Shown here piece by piece: positions 60,619 to 64,000 of a stretch of 64,000 bases of DNA. Below the pieces are notes generated by a model that worked only from the letters and a program-made list of their open reading frames with translations, was not told the DNA's origin and did not search any database. This DNA is from Scyliorhinus canicula (Eukaryota): positions 74,209,495-74,273,494 of the forward strand of contig NC_052154.1 in NCBI RefSeq assembly GCF_902713615.1, given 5' to 3'. Positions within the stretch are counted from its first letter, which is position 1. Every line of letters begins with the position of its first letter. The translations under genes and the position numbers were made by a program.

Positions 60619-61145
60619 GGGCGCGATTCTCCGCACCCGCGGAAAATCGTAAAACCGTCGTAAAAATCGGGAGCGTTTTACGACGGTCACGAAGGCTTCA
60701 TTTCCCGACGGATTCACTTCCGGGAAATGGGCTAGTAGCGCGGCCGCGTCAATTACGTGCGTGATGACGACGGAATGCGGCGACGACACGATCACGCCCA
60801 CGTGACGCCGCCCGACGCCGTAAAAAGGCGCGGGCGACCACAGAATCTGTCGGGCAGGATGTCGGAGCCGAGGAGAGCTGCTCCTCGCTTTGTTGATGCG
60901 GACGTCGAGGCGCTGCTCGATGCCATGGAGCAGAGGAGGGGCATCATCCGCCCGCGGAGAGGGCATTGCCAACCTGCCAGCGCGGTACGCCAGGCCTGGC
61001 GTGACGTGGCTGCTGCCGTCAGTGCTGTGGGGCAGACCCCTCGCTCAGCAGAGCAGTGCCGAAAGAAGCTACACGACCTCACCAGGTCTGCCAGGGTAAG
61101 TGCCATGAGGGTGCCCCCTAGTCACAACCATCCCTCCCCCTTAAC
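60619..61145 (+). mobile_element. PIF/Harbinger transposon 5' end, interrupted by an L1
   Basis: Terminus GGGCGCGATTCTCC followed by a Myb/SANT-like exon. Confidence 0.7.
60859..61095 (+). CDS. Myb/SANT-like DNA-binding domain, exon 1 (Harbinger accessory ORF type)
   Basis: RAAPRFVDADVEALLDAMEQRRGII..AWRDVAAAVSAVG..RSAEQCRKKLHDL, then an AGG|GTAAGT donor. Confidence 0.75.
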
Positions 61146-61301
61146 TTTTTTTTTTTTTTTTAAATAATTTTTATTGAATTTTTCAAAATACAAACATTTT
61201 AACCCCCCCTACATTTACATTTAAATTATAACAAAACAAAGTCAAACCCCCCTACTTAACAAGAAAAAGAAAAAAGAAATCCCCCCCCCCCCTACCCGCG
61301 C

Positions 61302-61332
<31 letters not shown>

Positions 61333-64000
61333 GCCGGCGAACCGACAGTCAGACCAACTTATCATTTCTAGCAGCGTCCTCGGGCAGGCCTTGCCCGTGC
61401 CACCGCCGCTACCGTACTTCCTTCGTCGTTGTCCCCCCTCCCCCCCCCCCCCTCCCCCCCTCCCGCCCTCCCCTCCCCTCCCGGGTTGCTGCTGTCACGG
61501 CCTCAGTTTCTATCTCTGATCCAAGAGGTCTAGGAAGGGTTGCCATCGCCTGGAAAACCCCTGCACCGACCCTCTCAGGGCGAATTTGATCCTTTCCAAT
61601 TGGATGAAGTTTGCCATGTCGTTTAACCAGGTGTTAACACTCGGAGGCCTTTCGTCCCTCCACTGAATCAGGATCCTCCTCCGAGCCACCAAGGACGCAA
61701 AGGCTAATATTCCAGCCTCCCTCGCCTCCTGTACCCCCGGTTCCACCCCAACCCCGAAGATCGCAAGTCCCCATCCTGGCTTGACCCTGGACCCCACCAC
61801 TCTCGACACCGTCCCTGCCACCCCCTTCCAGAACTCCTCCAGTGCCGGACATGCCCAAAACATATGTGCATGATTCGCAGGGCTTCCCGAACATCTAATA
61901 CACCTGTCTTCACCCCCGAAAAACCGACTCATCCTTGTCCCCGTCATGTGGGCTCTATGCAGTACCTTAAATTGAATGAGACTTAGTCTCGCACATGACG
62001 ACGACGAGTTGACCCTCTCCAGGGCGTCTGCCCATGTCCCGTCCTCTATCTGTTCCCCCAGCTCTAACTCCCACTTATCTTTCAGCTCCTCTACTGGTAC
62101 CTCCTCCACCTCCTGCATAATCTTATAGATGTCCGAGATCTTCCCCTCCCCGACCCAGACCCCTGATAGCACCCTATCACTCACCCCCCTGTCGGGGAGC
62201 GCGGGGAACCCCGCTACCTGTCGTCTGGCAAATGCCTTCACTTGGAGGTACCTGAACGTGTTCCCCGGGGGGAGCCCAAATTTCTCCTCCAGCTCTCCCA
62301 GGCTCGCAAACCTCCCCTCTATAAACAAGTCCCTCAGTTGTCTAATACCCGCCCTCTGCCAGCTCTGGAATCCCCCTCCTGTGTTTCCCGGCGCAAATCT
62401 GTGGTTCCCTCTTAGTGGTGCCCCTATCAGACCTCCCACTTCCCCCCTGTGTCGCCTCCACTGCCCCCAGATCTTGAGGGTGGCCGCCACCACCGGGCTC
62501 GTGGTATACCTCGTGGGAGGGAGCGGCCATGGTGCCGTTACCAGTGCCCCTAAGCTTATGTTGCCGCAGGACGCCCTCTCCATGCGCTTCCAGGCTGCCC
62601 CCTCCCCTTCCATCATCCACTTTCGTACCATCGATGTATTTGCCGCCCAGTAATATCCTGAAAGGTTGGGTAACGCCAGCCCTCCACTATCCCTACTCCG
62701 CTCCAAAAAGACCCTTCTAACTCTCGGGGTGCCATGTGCCCACACATACCCCATGATACTACTCGTTACCTTCTTGAAAAAGGCCCTGGGGAGGAAGATG
62801 GGCAGACACTGGAACAAAAACAAGAACCTCGGGAGGACCGTCATTTTAACTGACTGCACCCTCCCTGCCAGCGACAGCGGCACCATGTCCCACCTCTTAA
62901 ACTCCTCCTCCATCTGCTCCACCAGTCTGGAAAAGTTCAACTTGTGTAGGGTCCCCCAGTTCTTTGCCACCTGCACCCCCAAATACCTAAAACTTTTAAC
63001 TGCTCTTTTGAAGGGGAGCCTCCCAATTCCCTCCCCTTGGTCTCCCGGGTGTATTACAAAGACCTCACTTTTCCCCAGATTTAATTTATATCCCGAAAAG
63101 TCCCCGAACTCCGCTAGTATCCCCATTACCTCCGGCATTCCCCCCTCCGGGTCTGCCACATACAACAACAAATCATCCGCATAGAGCGAGACCCGATGTT
63201 CCTCCCCACCCCTTGTCAGTCCTCTCCACCCCCCTGAACCCCTCAGTGCCATCGCCAACGGCTCAATCGCTAATGCAAAGAGTAAGGGAGATAGGGGACA
63301 TCCCTGCCTAGTACCTCGATGGAGCCCAAAATATTCTGACCTCCTCCCGTTTGTTACCACACTTGCCATCGGAGCTGAATAGAGCAGTTTTACCCACTTG
63401 ATAAATCCCTCCCCAAACCCAAACCTTTCCAACGTCTCCCACAAGTATTCCCACTCCACCCTGTCAAATGCCTTCTCCGCGTCCAGCGCTACCACTATCT
63501 CCGCCTCCCCTTCCACTGCTGGCATCATAATCACATTTAACAATCTCCGGACATTTGTGTTAAGTTGGCGTCCCTTCACGAACCCCGTCTGGTCTTCATG
63601 GACTACCCCTGGCACACAGTCCTCTATCCTGGTTGCCAGGATCTTTGCTAACAGCTTGGCGTCAACATTCAGGAGGGAGATGGGCCTGTAGGACCCGCAC
63701 TGGACCGGGTCCTTGTCCCGCTTCAAAATCAAGGAGATCAGGGCCTGCGACATTGTTGGAGGCAGAACCCCCCCCTCGCGCGCCTCATTGAAGGCTCGCA
63801 CCAGCACTGGACCCACCAAGTCCACAAATTTCCTGTAAAACTCCACCGGGAACCCATCCGGCCCCGGCGCCTTCCCCGCCTGCATCTGGCCTATCCCTTT
63901 AATTAGCTCCTGCAGCTCTATCGGCGCCCCCAACCCTTCCACCAGCTCCTCCTGTACCTTTGGGAACCCCAATTTGTCGAGAAAGTTCTTCATTCCCCCT
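61146..64000 (-). mobile_element. L1-clade LINE 3' half with poly(A) tail
   Basis: T-run at 61146-61161, G-tract-rich 3' UTR, long uninterrupted ORF2. Confidence 0.92.
61510..63999 (-). CDS. L1 ORF2p (RT and C-terminus), partial, open to the window edge
   Basis: KAPGPDGF, YRPISLLN, LDAEKAFD, QGCPLSP, LYADD, C-terminal CxxC..H..C; no stops over more than 827 codons. Confidence 0.92.
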   Translation of the reverse strand, partial: GGMKNFLDKLGFPKVQEELVEGLGAPIELQELIKGIGQMQAGKAPGPDGFPVEFYRKFVDLVGPVLVRAFNEAREGGVLPPTMSQALISLILKRDKDPVQCGSYRPISLLNVDAKLLAKILATRIEDCVPGVVHEDQTGFVKGRQLNTNVRRLLNVIMMPAVEGEAEIVVALDAEKAFDRVEWEYLWETLERFGFGEGFIKWVKLLYSAPMASVVTNGRRSEYFGLHRGTRQGCPLSPLLFALAIEPLAMALRGSGGWRGLTRGGEEHRVSLYADDLLLYVADPEGGMPEVMGILAEFGDFSGYKLNLGKSEVFVIHPGDQGEGIGRLPFKRAVKSFRYLGVQVAKNWGTLHKLNFSRLVEQMEEEFKRWDMVPLSLAGRVQSVKMTVLPRFLFLFQCLPIFLPRAFFKKVTSSIMGYVWAHGTPRVRRVFLERSRDSGGLALPNLSGYYWAANTSMVRKWMMEGEGAAWKRMERASCGNISLGALVTAPWPLPPTRYTTSPVVAATLKIWGQWRRHRGEVGGLIGAPLRGNHRFAPGNTGGGFQSWQRAGIRQLRDLFIEGRFASLGELEEKFGLPPGNTFRYLQVKAFARRQVAGFPALPDRGVSDRVLSGVWVGEGKISDIYKIMQEVEEVPVEELKDKWELELGEQIEDGTWADALERVNSSSSCARLSLIQFKVLHRAHMTGTRMSRFFGGEDRCIRCSGSPANHAHMFWACPALEEFWKGVAGTVSRVVGSRVKPGWGLAIFGVGVEPGVQEAREAGILAFASLVARRRILIQWRDERPPSVNTWLNDMANFIQLERIKFALRGSVQGFSRRWQPFLDLLDQR

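Overview
Repeat-dense vertebrate genomic DNA, most likely a cartilaginous fish (inferred from abundant HE1/V-SINE-type SINEs, CR1 tails, Penelope and L1-clade elements). It contains one 500-N assembly gap (14924-15423). The only host gene I can build is a six-exon + strand IgSF receptor (27380-39283, 347 aa): signal peptide, germline-joined VJ-type V domain, C1-set domain, uncharged TM, and a cytoplasmic tail with two tyrosine motifs. All splice sites are GT-AG and phase-compatible. The rest is mobile DNA. There are two related, decayed Ty3/gypsy elements with TSDs (6073-10298 +, 16250-21941 -); both lack a recognisable tRNA PBS and share an LTR/leader fold-back structure. There are two Gmr1-like gag remnants and three larger L1-clade pieces plus a short 3' fragment. 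A 3.9-kb spacer-less Penelope palindrome has hammerhead ribozyme motifs and a 12-bp TSD. Also present: a Harbinger 5' end with a Myb/SANT exon, a ~2.92-kb near-identical tandem duplication, and several minisatellites. Repeat boundaries were read by eye and are approximate unless a TSD is quoted. No database searches were run.
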